Assembly: GCA_963663945.1 (NCBI GenBank)
Contig: OY760687.1
Coordinates: 468,555 to 532,554, forward strand
DNA: 64,000 nt
Reading direction: 5' to 3'
DNA from: Dehalococcoidia bacterium
GTDB lineage: Bacteria; Chloroflexota; Dehalococcoidia; Lucifugimonadales; UBA3495
Below are positions 35,110 to 46,580 of the stretch, one piece after another (positions within the stretch are counted from its first letter, which is position 1; each line of letters begins with the position of its first letter). The notes below the pieces were generated by a model that saw only the letters and a list, made by a program, of their open reading frames with translations, made no database searches and was not told the origin of the DNA. Both the position numbers and the translations under genes were made by a program.

Positions 35110-36033
35110 CTACGTGTAGCGGATCCGGGGATCCAGGTACGCGTAGAGTATGTCCACGATCAGGTTGGCGAAGATGTAGATGGACGATCCGATGATTACC
35201 ACCGCCTGCAGCACCTGGAAGTCGCGCCCGCGCACAGCGCCTACCGCCAACTGACCCACGCCCGGCCACGAGAACACCGTCTCCACGATCACCGTGCCCG
35301 TGAACAGGCCGCCGATGATGATGGCGAAATAGGTCAGCGGCGCGATGAAAGCGTTGCGCAGGCAGTGCTTCCAGACGACCTTCCATTCCGGCACGCCCTT
35401 GATGCGCGCCAGTTTGACGAACTCGGTGTCCAGCACGTCCAGCATCGAGGAACGGATCAGGCGGAGCAGCGCCGCCACCTGGAAGAACCCCAGGGTGAAC
35501 GCCGGCATGATCATGTGGGACAAACCGCCCTTGCCGGACGACGGTAGCCAGCCCAGTTGCACCGCGAAGAGCCACAACAGCATGATGCCCAGCCAGAAGC
35601 TCGGCACCGACTGGCCGAGGAAGGCCACCGCCTTGCCCTGGTAGTCCAGCCACCCGTCCTTTTTTGCCGCCGTGATCACTCCCAGCGGCACCCCTAGAAC
35701 CACGGCGATCAACATGGCCAGGCCACCCAACTGCAGCGTGGCCGGGAAGCGGTCCAACACCATGCCCATGGCGGTCTGGCCGCCGAAGGCATAGGATTCC
35801 CCGAAGTCGCCCCGGACAGCGTTGCCCAGGAAGACCAGGTAACGCATGTGCAGCGGCCTGTCCAGACCCCACTTGGCCTTGAGCGCCGCGATGTCCTCTG
35901 GGGTTGCCTCGCCCATGGGCAGCATCACGGACGTTGGGTCGCCGGTGATGTTGGAGAGCATGAACACGATGATGCTCACCAGGAGCACGGCGATTATCGC
36001 CTGCCCGACGCGGAAGATTATGAAGCGCTGCAT
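35110..36033 (-). CDS. ABC transporter permease (DppB/OppB-like)
   Basis: 307 aa: MQRFIIFRVGQAIIAVLLVSIIVFML.., with ..DFGESY.. and the ..ARIKGVPEWKV.. EAA loop. Confidence 0.85.
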   Translation of the reverse strand: MQRFIIFRVGQAIIAVLLVSIIVFMLSNITGDPTSVMLPMGEATPEDIAALKAKWGLDRPLHMRYLVFLGNAVRGDFGESYAFGGQTAMGMVLDRFPATLQLGGLAMLIAVVLGVPLGVITAAKKDGWLDYQGKAVAFLGQSVPSFWLGIMLLWLFAVQLGWLPSSGKGGLSHMIMPAFTLGFFQVAALLRLIRSSMLDVLDTEFVKLARIKGVPEWKVVWKHCLRNAFIAPLTYFAIIIGGLFTGTVIVETVFSWPGVGQLAVGAVRGRDFQVLQAVVIIGSSIYIFANLIVDILYAYLDPRIRYT

Positions 36034-36131
36034 TGTCGTCTCCCGTCCGTACTGCTTTCAGTTGAGGCCGGAGCCTTGGGTTAGATCCAGTTCGTCGATG
36101 ATCCCGGTGTGTCTATGCCGCTCCGGCCGGT

Positions 36132-37952
36132 CTATCTGGCGACCTTGGCGTACTCCAGGTGCCCGAAGACCCCGGTGAGGCTGCCGAACTTGTACTCCAG
36201 GACCTCGTCTGGGTTTGCCACGAGCGTGGCGCGGATGTTGACGATGGGGATGGTCCGGTAGTTGTCATAGATGTGGTCACCCATCTCCTGGGCCAACCGG
36301 TGCCGCTCGGTGGGATCTGTCTCCCGCAGTAGCGCCTCGTAATTGTCGTCGTAAACTTTGTGCTCGATGTAGGCCACGCCGCCGCCGGGAAGGCCGGTTT
36401 CCGGATTAATCTCCCCGGTGTAGTAGTAGATGCGGGCGTTGGCGTTGATTTGCCGGATGGTCTGGCGCACTGGAAGGATGAAGTGGGCGTCGTGCAGGTC
36501 GCGGAAGGCGTCCAGCGCGCGGGCGAACTCCACCTCAACCAACTTCACATCGATGCCGATGTCCTCGAAGGACTGGGCAACGGTCTGGGCGACCTCGATG
36601 GTTTCCGGCAGGCCGGGCAGGCTGGACTGCCAGACTTCCATGTGGAAGCGGTTCTGGCCGTTGTCGCCGGGGAAGCCGGCCTCGTCCAGCAGTTCCTTGG
36701 CCCTTTCCAGATCGTAACCGTACCTCTCGTCGAACTCCTCAGCCCAACGGGGGTTCCAGCCCTCCAGGGTGTCATGGAAGATGGTGTTGTACATGGGCTC
36801 GCCGCGGCCCTTGAACAGCTCGTTGATGATCTGCTCCCGGTTGATGGCGCGGTTCATGGCTTCACGGACCAGGCGACCGGTCTCGCCGGGGGCTGCCCAC
36901 GGCTCCGTGTCGGGGTTCCAGTTGACCTGGCTCAGTTCGTACTGTCCGAAGGGCACGATGGTGAGTCCGACCGAGGGCAGCGGGCTCTCGAAGACTTCCA
37001 TCCCTTCGTCCAGGGCCTGCTGGTGCAGGACCTTGGGGATGTCCACCATGTTGGCCTCGCCGGTGAGCAGCATGGCCAGGCGGGTCAGGTCCTCGGGCGT
37101 GGTACTGATGCGGAGCCGCTTGAACTCCGGGTTCACGCGCCAGTGGTCGTACGGCACGGCCTCGTACTCGGTGTACTCCTTGAGCTCCCGGTTGACGAAC
37201 TGGAAGCCGCCGGTTCCGGACGGAGCAGTCTCGAACATGGCGTCGCCCTCGGCTGCGTGCTGGGCGGAACTGCGGACGGCGGCGCAGGGGACCACCAGGA
37301 TGTTGAACCACCAGTCGGCGACGTCAACCTGGGGCTGGGCCAGCGTCATCTTGAGGGTGTAGTCGTCGACAACCTCCGCCTTGCCGGCGTCGATCATCTC
37401 GGTCATGGAATCGAAGCCCATGAACTTCTTCAGGGGGCCCTTGCAGCCGGCGAGAGGGTCGGACATCTGCTGGTCAATGGTGAAGATTAAGTCCTTGACG
37501 GTGAACTCACCCCAGCCGTTGTGCATCTCGACCCCTTCCTGGAGGTAGAAGGTGTACTCCGAAGCGTCTGGGCTGACGTCCCACTCCCGCGCCAGTTGGG
37601 GCAGGATGGTGGAGACGCCGGTGTCGGGCGAGATGGTGGTTGGGTTCTCCCACATGGGACGGAACACCAGATGCCCGCTGCTGGTGGCCAGCCAGGGGAA
37701 GAAGGTGTCCTGGGGCAGCGGGGTAACGGCCATGTGGAGGTATGTGTCCTCGTCGGCCATGGCCGGCATGGCGGTGGGTTCAGGGGCGGCGGTGGCGGCC
37801 GCTTGAGCCGGGGCGGCCGGCGCGTCAGTCGCGGCGGGTGCGGCGGCCGGCTCCGACGCCGTCCCGCCACAGGCGACAATCACGGACAGGAATACGATAA
37901 GCGAGGGGACTGCGGCGATGCGCAACGCGTTTCGAATACTGCGAACTGTCAT
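36132..37952 (-). CDS. ABC transporter substrate-binding lipoprotein (family 5, peptide/nickel type)
   Basis: 606 aa. Lipobox ..SVIVAC GGTAS followed by an Ala/Pro-rich linker and an SBP_bac_5-like body. Confidence 0.85.
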   Translation of the reverse strand: MTVRSIRNALRIAAVPSLIVFLSVIVACGGTASEPAAAPAATDAPAAPAQAAATAAPEPTAMPAMADEDTYLHMAVTPLPQDTFFPWLATSSGHLVFRPMWENPTTISPDTGVSTILPQLAREWDVSPDASEYTFYLQEGVEMHNGWGEFTVKDLIFTIDQQMSDPLAGCKGPLKKFMGFDSMTEMIDAGKAEVVDDYTLKMTLAQPQVDVADWWFNILVVPCAAVRSSAQHAAEGDAMFETAPSGTGGFQFVNRELKEYTEYEAVPYDHWRVNPEFKRLRISTTPEDLTRLAMLLTGEANMVDIPKVLHQQALDEGMEVFESPLPSVGLTIVPFGQYELSQVNWNPDTEPWAAPGETGRLVREAMNRAINREQIINELFKGRGEPMYNTIFHDTLEGWNPRWAEEFDERYGYDLERAKELLDEAGFPGDNGQNRFHMEVWQSSLPGLPETIEVAQTVAQSFEDIGIDVKLVEVEFARALDAFRDLHDAHFILPVRQTIRQINANARIYYYTGEINPETGLPGGGVAYIEHKVYDDNYEALLRETDPTERHRLAQEMGDHIYDNYRTIPIVNIRATLVANPDEVLEYKFGSLTGVFGHLEYAKVAR

Positions 37953-38299
37953 GCGGATACCTCCGTATCAGTCAGCGGATTCCCGTTTGCCGCCAAACAT
38001 TAGCATCGGCAATACCTGATGTCAAATATTCGTTATTGCAATACTGCGCGGGGTGCAAAATGTCCAAACCTGTGCTTTCAGAAAGGGTTGTCGTTGTCTC
38101 CACGCGGTTCAAGGGCTAAATTCGCACACCAAATCACGGTTAACGGAGTTTGCGGCACCCTTTGCCGGATTGCGTCCTTTTACGTCATTTGCAGGGCTTT
38201 CGGATTGCCGTTGCGCGTACGCCGTTGCAACCATATACTCCCGCGCGGTTATCATTTGTCGCCGCGTTCTTCCAATACCGACCACCCAGTGATACACCC

Positions 38300-39514
38300 A
38301 TGTCGGCTGCACCCGATTCAATCCCGACGAACCGTCAATCACCCTCCGCGCTGGAAGGGGTCCGAGTCGTGGAGTGGGGAGAGATGGTGTCGGCGCCGTT
38401 TTGCGCGAAAGTGCTGGCGGAGTTGGGCGCGGATGTTATCAAGGTGGAGCCCCCTGAAGGCGACGCGGCTCGCCGAGCCGGGCCATTTCCCGGCGAACAA
38501 CCTCACGCAGAACGAAGCGGGTTGTTCCTGTTCGCCAACCTGGGCAAGCGGGGAGCGACCCTCGACACCAACGAACCGGACGGCGTGGACCGGCTCCACC
38601 GCCTGCTGGCTGATGCGGATATATTCGTCGAGAACCGGGCCTACCCCACACTGGCGGCGTCGGGGATAACTGCGGAGGAATTGCGGGTCCGGCATCCGCA
38701 CCTGATCACGGTTTCCCTTTCTCCCTACGGTCGCACCGGGGACTACCGGGAGTACGCCGGCTACGACCTCCAGGTGAACGCGCTGAGCGGCATGAGCTTC
38801 GGCACCGGCCACCCGCACCGTGAGCCCCTCACCACGCCGGACCGGCAGGCAGGATATCTCGCCGGCCTGGGCGGCGCCTACGCCGCCATCGTCGCTCTGC
38901 TGGCCCGGGAGTCGAACCTGGCCGGCGACTCCGGGGACGCCGGCGGGCAGTATATCGACATCGCCGATTCGGGCGTCATCAGCACGCTGCTGACGGGCTA
39001 CCATCTGCCCACCTTCATCTATCGCGGCATCGCCGGCTCCCGCTCGGGGAACCGGATGCGCCTCGGCCTGTTCCCCAACTGCGTGCTGCCCTGCCGCGAC
39101 GGCTACGTGTGCATCGACGCGCCGCAGATGGAGCAGTACCAGCGGTTCCTGCACCTGCTGGGCGACCCGGATTGGACCGAAAATCCACGGTACCGGGACC
39201 GCCGCGCCATGAGCGACCAATATCCCGAGGAGGCCGAGAACCTGATCGCGCCCTGGTTCATGGAGCATGACAAGGCGGAGATCCTGCAGCTGTGCCTGGA
39301 AAACCGCATCCCGTGCGCACCCGTGCTGACCATGGACGAAGCGCTGGAACTGTCCCACCTCCACCAACGGGACTGGTTTGTAGAATCCGAGCATCCCGAT
39401 GCCGGCGGCTATCGCTATCCCGGCGCTCCGGTGCGGCTGCACGGTTCACCATGCCGCATCGTCCGTCCCGCGCCATTGCTGGGGCAACACAACGCGGATG
39501 TGCTCGGCAGATGA
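38300..39514 (+). CDS. family III CoA-transferase (CaiB/BaiF-like), copy 1
   Basis: Start at ATG 38300 (MSAAPDSIPT..LEGVRVVEWGEMVSAPFCAKVLAELGADVIKVEPPEGD). Confidence 0.85.
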   Translation: MSAAPDSIPTNRQSPSALEGVRVVEWGEMVSAPFCAKVLAELGADVIKVEPPEGDAARRAGPFPGEQPHAERSGLFLFANLGKRGATLDTNEPDGVDRLHRLLADADIFVENRAYPTLAASGITAEELRVRHPHLITVSLSPYGRTGDYREYAGYDLQVNALSGMSFGTGHPHREPLTTPDRQAGYLAGLGGAYAAIVALLARESNLAGDSGDAGGQYIDIADSGVISTLLTGYHLPTFIYRGIAGSRSGNRMRLGLFPNCVLPCRDGYVCIDAPQMEQYQRFLHLLGDPDWTENPRYRDRRAMSDQYPEEAENLIAPWFMEHDKAEILQLCLENRIPCAPVLTMDEALELSHLHQRDWFVESEHPDAGGYRYPGAPVRLHGSPCRIVRPAPLLGQHNADVLGR

Positions 39515-40794
39515 CGGCCGCCGGTAATCCGATGCCGCTACCCCCTCTGCGTAACGTGCGCGTGGTGGACCTGGGCTCTGCATGGGCCGGGCCGATGGCC
39601 GGGCACCTGCTGGCCGACATGGGCGCGGAGGTGATAAAGGTGGAGAGCCGGGCGCGCATGGACGGCATGCGCCTTGGTCGACCCATGGTCGGCGATGATC
39701 TGGCCGGAGGAGACCGCGGGCTCTGGCCCGAATTGCAGCCGGTGTTTCACGGTCTCAACCGGAACAAGCTCAGCGTCACGTTGAACCTGCGCACCGAAGC
39801 CGGCCGCGCGATCCTGCAACGGCTGGCATCGGTCAGCGACGTGGTGCTGGCCAACTTCTCGCCCGGCGTGCTGGAAAGGCTCGGGATGGATTACGCCAGC
39901 CTGCGGTCGGTTAAACGGGACATCATCGTGGCATCCATGCCGGCGTTCGGCGACAGCGGGCCGCTGCGGGACATGGTGGCATACGCGCCCATCATCCAGG
40001 CCATGTCGGGCATGATGAGTCTGGTGGGCTATGCTCCGGATGAAGGCGAGCCCCTGGTCGGTGAGTTGCAGGCGGCGTGGAGTGACACGGTGGCGGCCCT
40101 GTGCGCCGCGCTGGGCGTGGTGGCGGCGCTGCGGCACCGCAACCGCACGGGACAAGGGCAATATGTGGAAGCCGCCCACCTGGAGGGGACAGCCGCCCTG
40201 TTGGGCGTGCCCATGCTGGATTACCAGATGACCGGCAGGATCCCGGTTCCGCCCGGCAACGACGACCCCGACTTCGCGCCGCACAACAACTATCCCTGCG
40301 CCGGCGAGGACACGTGGGTTGCCATCGCCGTGAGCACGGATCAGGAATGGCAGGCATTGGCCGGAACCTTGGACAGCGACCGGCCGGATCGTGTCCGCCT
40401 CACCACGGATGCCCGTTTCGTCGACAAATCATCCCGGTGGTCCAACCGGCGAGAACTGGATGAAGTCATCGCGGAGTGGACACGCGGGCTCAGTCCACAG
40501 CAGGTCACCGAAAGGTTGCAGACAGCGGGAGTGGCGGCCATGCCGGTGATGAACATCGCCGATCAGTTCGCCGACCCGCATCTGAACGCCCGGGACACCT
40601 ACATGGAAATCGACCATCCTCACGCCGGCGCCGAGATGGTGTACGGCGTGCCCTGGAGGTTCAGCGAGACGCCGGGAGCGGTCCGCACGCCGGCGCCGCT
40701 GCTGGGTCAACACAACGAATACGTCCTGCGGGAGTTGCTGGGCATTGACGGGTCCCGGATCGACGACCTGATCGCTCAGCAGGTGGTGTACTGA
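39511..40794 (+). CDS. family III CoA-transferase, copy 2
   Basis: ATG 39511 overlaps the upstream TGA (ATGA). MTAAGNPMPLPPLRNVRVVDLGSAWAGPMAGHLLADMGAEVIKVESRA.. Confidence 0.85.
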   Translation: MTAAGNPMPLPPLRNVRVVDLGSAWAGPMAGHLLADMGAEVIKVESRARMDGMRLGRPMVGDDLAGGDRGLWPELQPVFHGLNRNKLSVTLNLRTEAGRAILQRLASVSDVVLANFSPGVLERLGMDYASLRSVKRDIIVASMPAFGDSGPLRDMVAYAPIIQAMSGMMSLVGYAPDEGEPLVGELQAAWSDTVAALCAALGVVAALRHRNRTGQGQYVEAAHLEGTAALLGVPMLDYQMTGRIPVPPGNDDPDFAPHNNYPCAGEDTWVAIAVSTDQEWQALAGTLDSDRPDRVRLTTDARFVDKSSRWSNRRELDEVIAEWTRGLSPQQVTERLQTAGVAAMPVMNIADQFADPHLNARDTYMEIDHPHAGAEMVYGVPWRFSETPGAVRTPAPLLGQHNEYVLRELLGIDGSRIDDLIAQQVVY

Positions 40795-41014
40795 CCTGCA
40801 AAATGGGGTGAGGGCGCCGCAGAATTGAGCAGGCGCGGGTCGACCCCGAGCACCCTTTCTAGTTGCAGCAGTATGCAGCGTATGGTAATTTGACTCAGCC
40901 CAAAATCACGAGAACATAGGCCGACAGTCGATTGAGAAAGATACCCAGAATCCGTATCAAGACATTCACGACATTGGCCATGATGCCAATTACCAACGGA
41001 TAAGGAGCGTTTCA

Positions 41015-42058
<1,044 letters not shown>

Positions 42059-42125
42059 ACCGCTGAGAGGACCAACGTCATTTGCTACTGACTCGTAATG
42101 ACGGGTTCGAAAAGGGAGTTCCACG

Positions 42126-43166
42126 ATGACCACTGCTGAGATGCCCCAAACTGCTGCGACGTCGTCGTCTGCGCAAGACACGATTCTGGACGTCCGCGGC
42201 CTCAAGATGCACTTTCCGGTAACGTCGGGCATCCTGTTCCAACGGGCGGTTGCCTACATCAAAGCCGTCGACGGCGTGGACTTCACGGTCCGTCGCGGCG
42301 AGACCCTGGGCATGGTTGGAGAGTCGGGCTGCGGCAAGACCACCACCGGTCGCTGCATCCTGCGTCTCTACCGGCCCACCGACGGCCAGATCTGGTTCAA
42401 CGGCGTGGAAATCGCCCAGGCCAAGACCAGCCAGATGCGTGCCATGCGCCGCCAGATGCAGATCATTTTCCAGGACCCGTACAGCTCGTTGAACCCCAGA
42501 ATGACGGCCGGCAACATTATTGGAGAACCGCTGGCCGTGCACGGTCTGGTCAACAACAAGCGGGAGTACCGGGAGAGGGTAGCCGAGTTGCTCAACAACG
42601 TCGGCCTGAACCCCTACATGGCTGACCGCTTCCCTCACGAGTTCAGCGGTGGACAGCGGCAGCGCATCGGCGTGGCCCGGGCTCTGTCCGTTGACCCCGA
42701 CTTCATCGTGTGTGACGAGCCGGTCTCCGCGCTGGACGTGTCCATCCAGGCCCAGATCATCAACCTGCTGGAGGACCTGCAGGAGCGCTACGACCTCACC
42801 TATCTGTTCATCGCCCACGACCTGTCGGTGGTCCGCCACATCAGTGACCGTGTTGCCGTGATGTACCTGGGCAAGATCGTGGAGATCGCCGACCGCAACG
42901 CGATCTATGAGAACCCGCAGCATCCGTACACGCGGGCGCTGCTGTCCGCCGTGCCGATTCCCGACCCCGTGCTTGACGCTCAGCGGGAACGGATCATCCT
43001 TTCGGGCGAGGTGCCCAGCCCCCTGAACCCGCCCAGCGGCTGTGTCTTCCACCCGCGCTGTCCCATTGCCACGGACGACTGCTCACGGGTCGCTCCGGAA
43101 GCCCGCGAGGTCATGCCGGACCATATCGCAGCCTGTATCAACGTGCCGGGATACGGACCGTACTAG
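42126..43166 (+). CDS. ABC transporter ATP-binding protein (DppF/OppF-like)
   Basis: Walker [10 protein letters not shown], signature EFSGGQRQR, Walker [13 protein letters not shown]. Confidence 0.9.
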   Translation: MTTAEMPQTAATSSSAQDTILDVRGLKMHFPVTSGILFQRAVAYIKAVDGVDFTVRRGETLGMVGESGCGKTTTGRCILRLYRPTDGQIWFNGVEIAQAKTSQMRAMRRQMQIIFQDPYSSLNPRMTAGNIIGEPLAVHGLVNNKREYRERVAELLNNVGLNPYMADRFPHEFSGGQRQRIGVARALSVDPDFIVCDEPVSALDVSIQAQIINLLEDLQERYDLTYLFIAHDLSVVRHISDRVAVMYLGKIVEIADRNAIYENPQHPYTRALLSAVPIPDPVLDAQRERIILSGEVPSPLNPPSGCVFHPRCPIATDDCSRVAPEAREVMPDHIAACINVPGYGPY

Positions 43167-43242
43167 ACCGCGTGACATCAAGCCAACTGTGCCCGGGGAA
43201 GACGAAAGAACACCCCGGGCTTTTTCGACGGAGGATCGCGAG

Positions 43243-44010
43243 ATGCGACTGGAAAACAAAACCGCTATGATCACCGGCGCGAGCCGCAACATCGGCGCCG
43301 AAATCGCCCGTACCTTTGCCCGCGAGGGCGCCAACCTGATCCTGAACACCCGGCAGTCTGCCGAGGAACTGGAGGCGGTGGCGGCGGAGTGCCGTGAGCT
43401 GGGCGCCCAGACCCACACGGTCATCGGAGACGTTGCGGACCCTAACCGTGTGGCCGATATGGTCGCCGAGGGGATCGACGCACTGGGTACGGTGGACGTT
43501 CTGGTGAGCAACGTGGCCGTGCGCCCGCACAAGCCCATCCTGGATATAACGGTTGAGGAGTGGCAGAGTGTCATGGCGACCAACCTGCACTCCGCTTTCT
43601 ATCTCATCCACTCCGTCCTTCCGGGGATGATCGAGCAGCGGTCCGGCAGCATCATCGGACTGGGCGGACAGGCGGCCATCACCGGTCGCCCCGACACCGC
43701 GATCGTCACCACGGCGAAGACCGGACTGCAGGGGCTGATCCGCGCCGTTGCCGCCGAGTGCGCTCAGTATGGGGTACGCGCCAACCTGGTGAATCCCGGT
43801 TCCACCGATACCGCTCGTGCTCACCCGGAGTGGTATCCGGAGTTCCAGGATGTGGCCCGCGGTTCCGACCGGCACCTGCAGGAGATACCCCTGGGTCGCC
43901 AGGGCACGGTGCAGGACATTGCCAACGCGTGCCTGTTCTACGCCAGCGACGAGTCGTCCTACATTACCGGCGACCGCATGAACGTGGTGGGCGGGCGCTA
44001 TATCGTGTAG
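43243..44010 (+). CDS. SDR-family oxidoreductase
   Basis: Start at ATG 43243 (MRLENKTAMITGASRNIGAEIA..). The 5' part of track ORF 43042.. overlaps the upstream ATPase gene. Confidence 0.85.
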   Translation: MRLENKTAMITGASRNIGAEIARTFAREGANLILNTRQSAEELEAVAAECRELGAQTHTVIGDVADPNRVADMVAEGIDALGTVDVLVSNVAVRPHKPILDITVEEWQSVMATNLHSAFYLIHSVLPGMIEQRSGSIIGLGGQAAITGRPDTAIVTTAKTGLQGLIRAVAAECAQYGVRANLVNPGSTDTARAHPEWYPEFQDVARGSDRHLQEIPLGRQGTVQDIANACLFYASDESSYITGDRMNVVGGRYIV

Positions 44011-44052
44011 CGCGGCCGGCTGAACAACGGCCGCGCGATACTTCGCCCTGGG

Positions 44053-45033
44053 CTAGCCGCCGTAGGCGCGCTCAAGCACGGCGTCCAGTTCTCCCCTGGT
44101 GTAGCGGTACTCCTGGGTGCCGGGCTGCTGGATGGCGAAATGGGCGCAGGCCGAGCCGATCTGGGCGGCGCGTTCGAGTTGACGCAGCGTGATCGAATCG
44201 AAGCTGCCGCTTTCGTTGGCGTGAGCGGCCGCCACGGGGTGTGCGAGGCCAAGGATCAGGCCGCCGCGGAAGGCATCTCCGGCGCCGGTGGGATCAACGA
44301 CGTTGTCGGTTGGGACGGGCGGGACGATCGCCTGGCCCTCGGGGATGGTGACGCGCACTCCCTGCTCGCCCAACGTGGTGACGAGGACGCCGGTCAGTTC
44401 CAGCAGCCCAGCGTCGTCACGGCCGGTTTTCTCCGAGATGAGCGCCATTTCGTAGTCGTTGGCGATCAGCAGGTGGGAGTTGGCGATGCAGGCAGTGAGC
44501 CCATCGGCCTCCCAGGACGGGAGCGATTGCCCCGGGTCGAATATGGTGTAGATTCCGGCGGCGCAACCATTGGCGGTGAAATCGGTCATGTCGGTGGAAT
44601 TGCCAGGGCCAACGATGTTGATGGTGTCCGCTGGATTGACCGATCCGAAGTCGAAGCCGGTGGCATGCATCATGGCGCCGGGATTGAACGCCGTGATCTG
44701 GTTGTCTGCCAGGTCGGTGAAGATGAACGCTGATGCGGTCGCTTCTTCATCGACGATGCGGATGTCGCTGGTTGAAATACCGTTGTCGGCCATCCAGTTG
44801 AAATAATCGCGGTAGTCGGAACCGATGGCGGCGGCGATGCGGGGTTCCTGCCCGAGCATGGCCAGCGAGTAGGCGATGTTGCCGGCCGTGCCGCCGAAGT
44901 AGGCGTTGAAGCCGTCCACCTTGAAACTGAGATTGATCTGGTGGACTCGCTCGGGGACGATGTGGTCGCCGAAGCGTCCGTTGAAGGTCATGATGCGGTC
45001 GATGGCGAGAGAGCCGGAGACGAGTATCTGCAT
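44053..45033 (-). CDS. PfkB-family carbohydrate/nucleoside kinase
   Basis: 326 aa with ..FGGTAGNIAYSLAMLG.. and the ..DPTGAGDAFRGG.. ATP-binding motif. Confidence 0.8.
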   Translation of the reverse strand: MQILVSGSLAIDRIMTFNGRFGDHIVPERVHQINLSFKVDGFNAYFGGTAGNIAYSLAMLGQEPRIAAAIGSDYRDYFNWMADNGISTSDIRIVDEEATASAFIFTDLADNQITAFNPGAMMHATGFDFGSVNPADTINIVGPGNSTDMTDFTANGCAAGIYTIFDPGQSLPSWEADGLTACIANSHLLIANDYEMALISEKTGRDDAGLLELTGVLVTTLGEQGVRVTIPEGQAIVPPVPTDNVVDPTGAGDAFRGGLILGLAHPVAAAHANESGSFDSITLRQLERAAQIGSACAHFAIQQPGTQEYRYTRGELDAVLERAYGG

Positions 45034-45071
45034 TGTGTCGGGTTCCTTTGGTCAAGATTTAGAGCGAGTGA

Positions 45072-45731
45072 TCAGCAGCCCCATCGGCCTTCGATTTGGC
45101 CGGCGAACTGCACGGGTGCGCCCGGGACGATGCCCTGGTCACCGGCCTGACCGGCGTTGATCTCCAGGATGAAACGCACGGGGCCGGTAGATGGGTATCG
45201 CGGCAACTGGTCGCGCGGGGTGTCGAGGGGCGGATTCGGCACATCGGCGGTGACGCCGGCGACCGTGCAGTCGGACCGGATCCACACCATGTCCAGCGGG
45301 AAGTGCATGTCAGGCATCCAGAATGTGCGTGGATTGTCCTCCTCGTAGACGAACAGCATGCCGCGGTCTGTGTCGAGCGACGGGCGGCCGGACAGGCCCT
45401 GAACTCGTTCCTCTGCGGAGACGGCCAGATCGGCCACGTAAACGGCGTCCCCGATGAGCACCAGTGGAGCGTCCGGCAGGGGCGTCGCCGTGGGCGCCGA
45501 TGTATTGGTGGGGACGACGGCCGGCGTTGGTCTCGGCGTAGGCGTCGGGACCGGCGTCGACGTTGGGGCCGCCGTAGCCGTGGCGGTGGGAGATGCCGGG
45601 ACGCCGCGGGTGGGAGGCGTTGCGGTGGGCGCTGGATCTGCCGCGCAGCCCAACACAACCAAGGCCGACACCACAACCGCCATCCCTCGGGCTAAAACCC
45701 AGAGGATCCGGGTCCCTGCGTGGTACCACAC
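45072..45731 (-). CDS. DUF192-domain lipoprotein
   Basis: Lipobox ..ALVVLGC, a Pro/Thr-rich linker, then ..RGMLFVYEEDNPRTFWMPDMHFPLDMVWI.. A start at M17 (45683) is also possible. Confidence 0.7.
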   Translation of the reverse strand: MWYHAGTRILWVLARGMAVVVSALVVLGCAADPAPTATPPTRGVPASPTATATAAPTSTPVPTPTPRPTPAVVPTNTSAPTATPLPDAPLVLIGDAVYVADLAVSAEERVQGLSGRPSLDTDRGMLFVYEEDNPRTFWMPDMHFPLDMVWIRSDCTVAGVTADVPNPPLDTPRDQLPRYPSTGPVRFILEINAGQAGDQGIVPGAPVQFAGQIEGRWGC

Positions 45732-45742
45732 GTACGATTGGT

Positions 45743-46528
45743 CTAACCCAATTCAGCACGGATGTCGGTGATCCGCTGCCGCAGCGACTGGAGCAGGACC
45801 GCCGTGGGTGGAGGCGCGACGTGGGTGTAGCCCACGCCCATGGCCTGCAACTCGGATGCCGACAGGGGAAATGCGGGATGGTTCATGGGCATGGACAGCT
45901 TGGCTCCGCCGGCCGCCTTGACCTCGGCGGCCAGTTCCTCCAGGCGGGCGCGGATGACGGGGCTCTGCGGGTCGCGAATGCCCATGTACTCCGAGAAGTC
46001 GGTGGGGCCGATGGACACGAGGTCGATGCCGGGAAGCGCGGCGATCTGGCCGATCTCGCTGATGCCGCGCTCGTCCTCGGTCATGACCGACAGAATGATG
46101 TTCTCGTTGGAGGTGCGGGTATGCTCTTCCCAACTCACCGTGCCGAAACGGGCGGCGCGGGTGCCGCCGGCCCCGCCGCGGTGTCCCAGGGGAGCGTATC
46201 GCACGGCGTCCACGGCGCGCTTTGCGCCTTCAAGGCCGTCGATGTGGGGGATGATGATGCCCTGCGCTCCGGCGTCCAGCAGGCGCAGGATGAGGTTCTC
46301 ATCGTTGCCGGGAATGCGAATCATTGGGGTGACGCCAACCAGGTCCGCCGCCATGATCATCTGGCTGACCAGGCCCAGGTCGAAGGTGGTGTGCTCCATG
46401 TCGATGAAAGCTGCGTCGAATCCGGCCAGCCCGATGATCTCTACAACCTGGGGATCCGCGAAGGTCACATAGGTTCCCAGGGCCAGGCGGTTCTCGCGCA
46501 GCGCGCGTCGTACTCGGTTTTCCTGCAT
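45743..46528 (-). CDS. HpcH/HpaI-family aldolase
   Basis: 261 aa with ..GFDAAFIDMEHTTFD.., ..PMIRIPGND.., ..GAQGIIIPHIDG.. Confidence 0.85.
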   Translation of the reverse strand: MQENRVRRALRENRLALGTYVTFADPQVVEIIGLAGFDAAFIDMEHTTFDLGLVSQMIMAADLVGVTPMIRIPGNDENLILRLLDAGAQGIIIPHIDGLEGAKRAVDAVRYAPLGHRGGAGGTRAARFGTVSWEEHTRTSNENIILSVMTEDERGISEIGQIAALPGIDLVSIGPTDFSEYMGIRDPQSPVIRARLEELAAEVKAAGGAKLSMPMNHPAFPLSASELQAMGVGYTHVAPPPTAVLLQSLRQRITDIRAELG

Positions 46529-46580
46529 TTGGCGATGCTCCTGAGAGGAGATAGTTGCTTGGAGGTGCGATTGGCTGGCG

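Noticed and set aside
36360-39442. 376-aa plus ORF (36360..37490) and 367-aa minus ORF (38339..39442)
   Set aside because: Antisense to the substrate-binding protein and CoA-transferase genes respectively.
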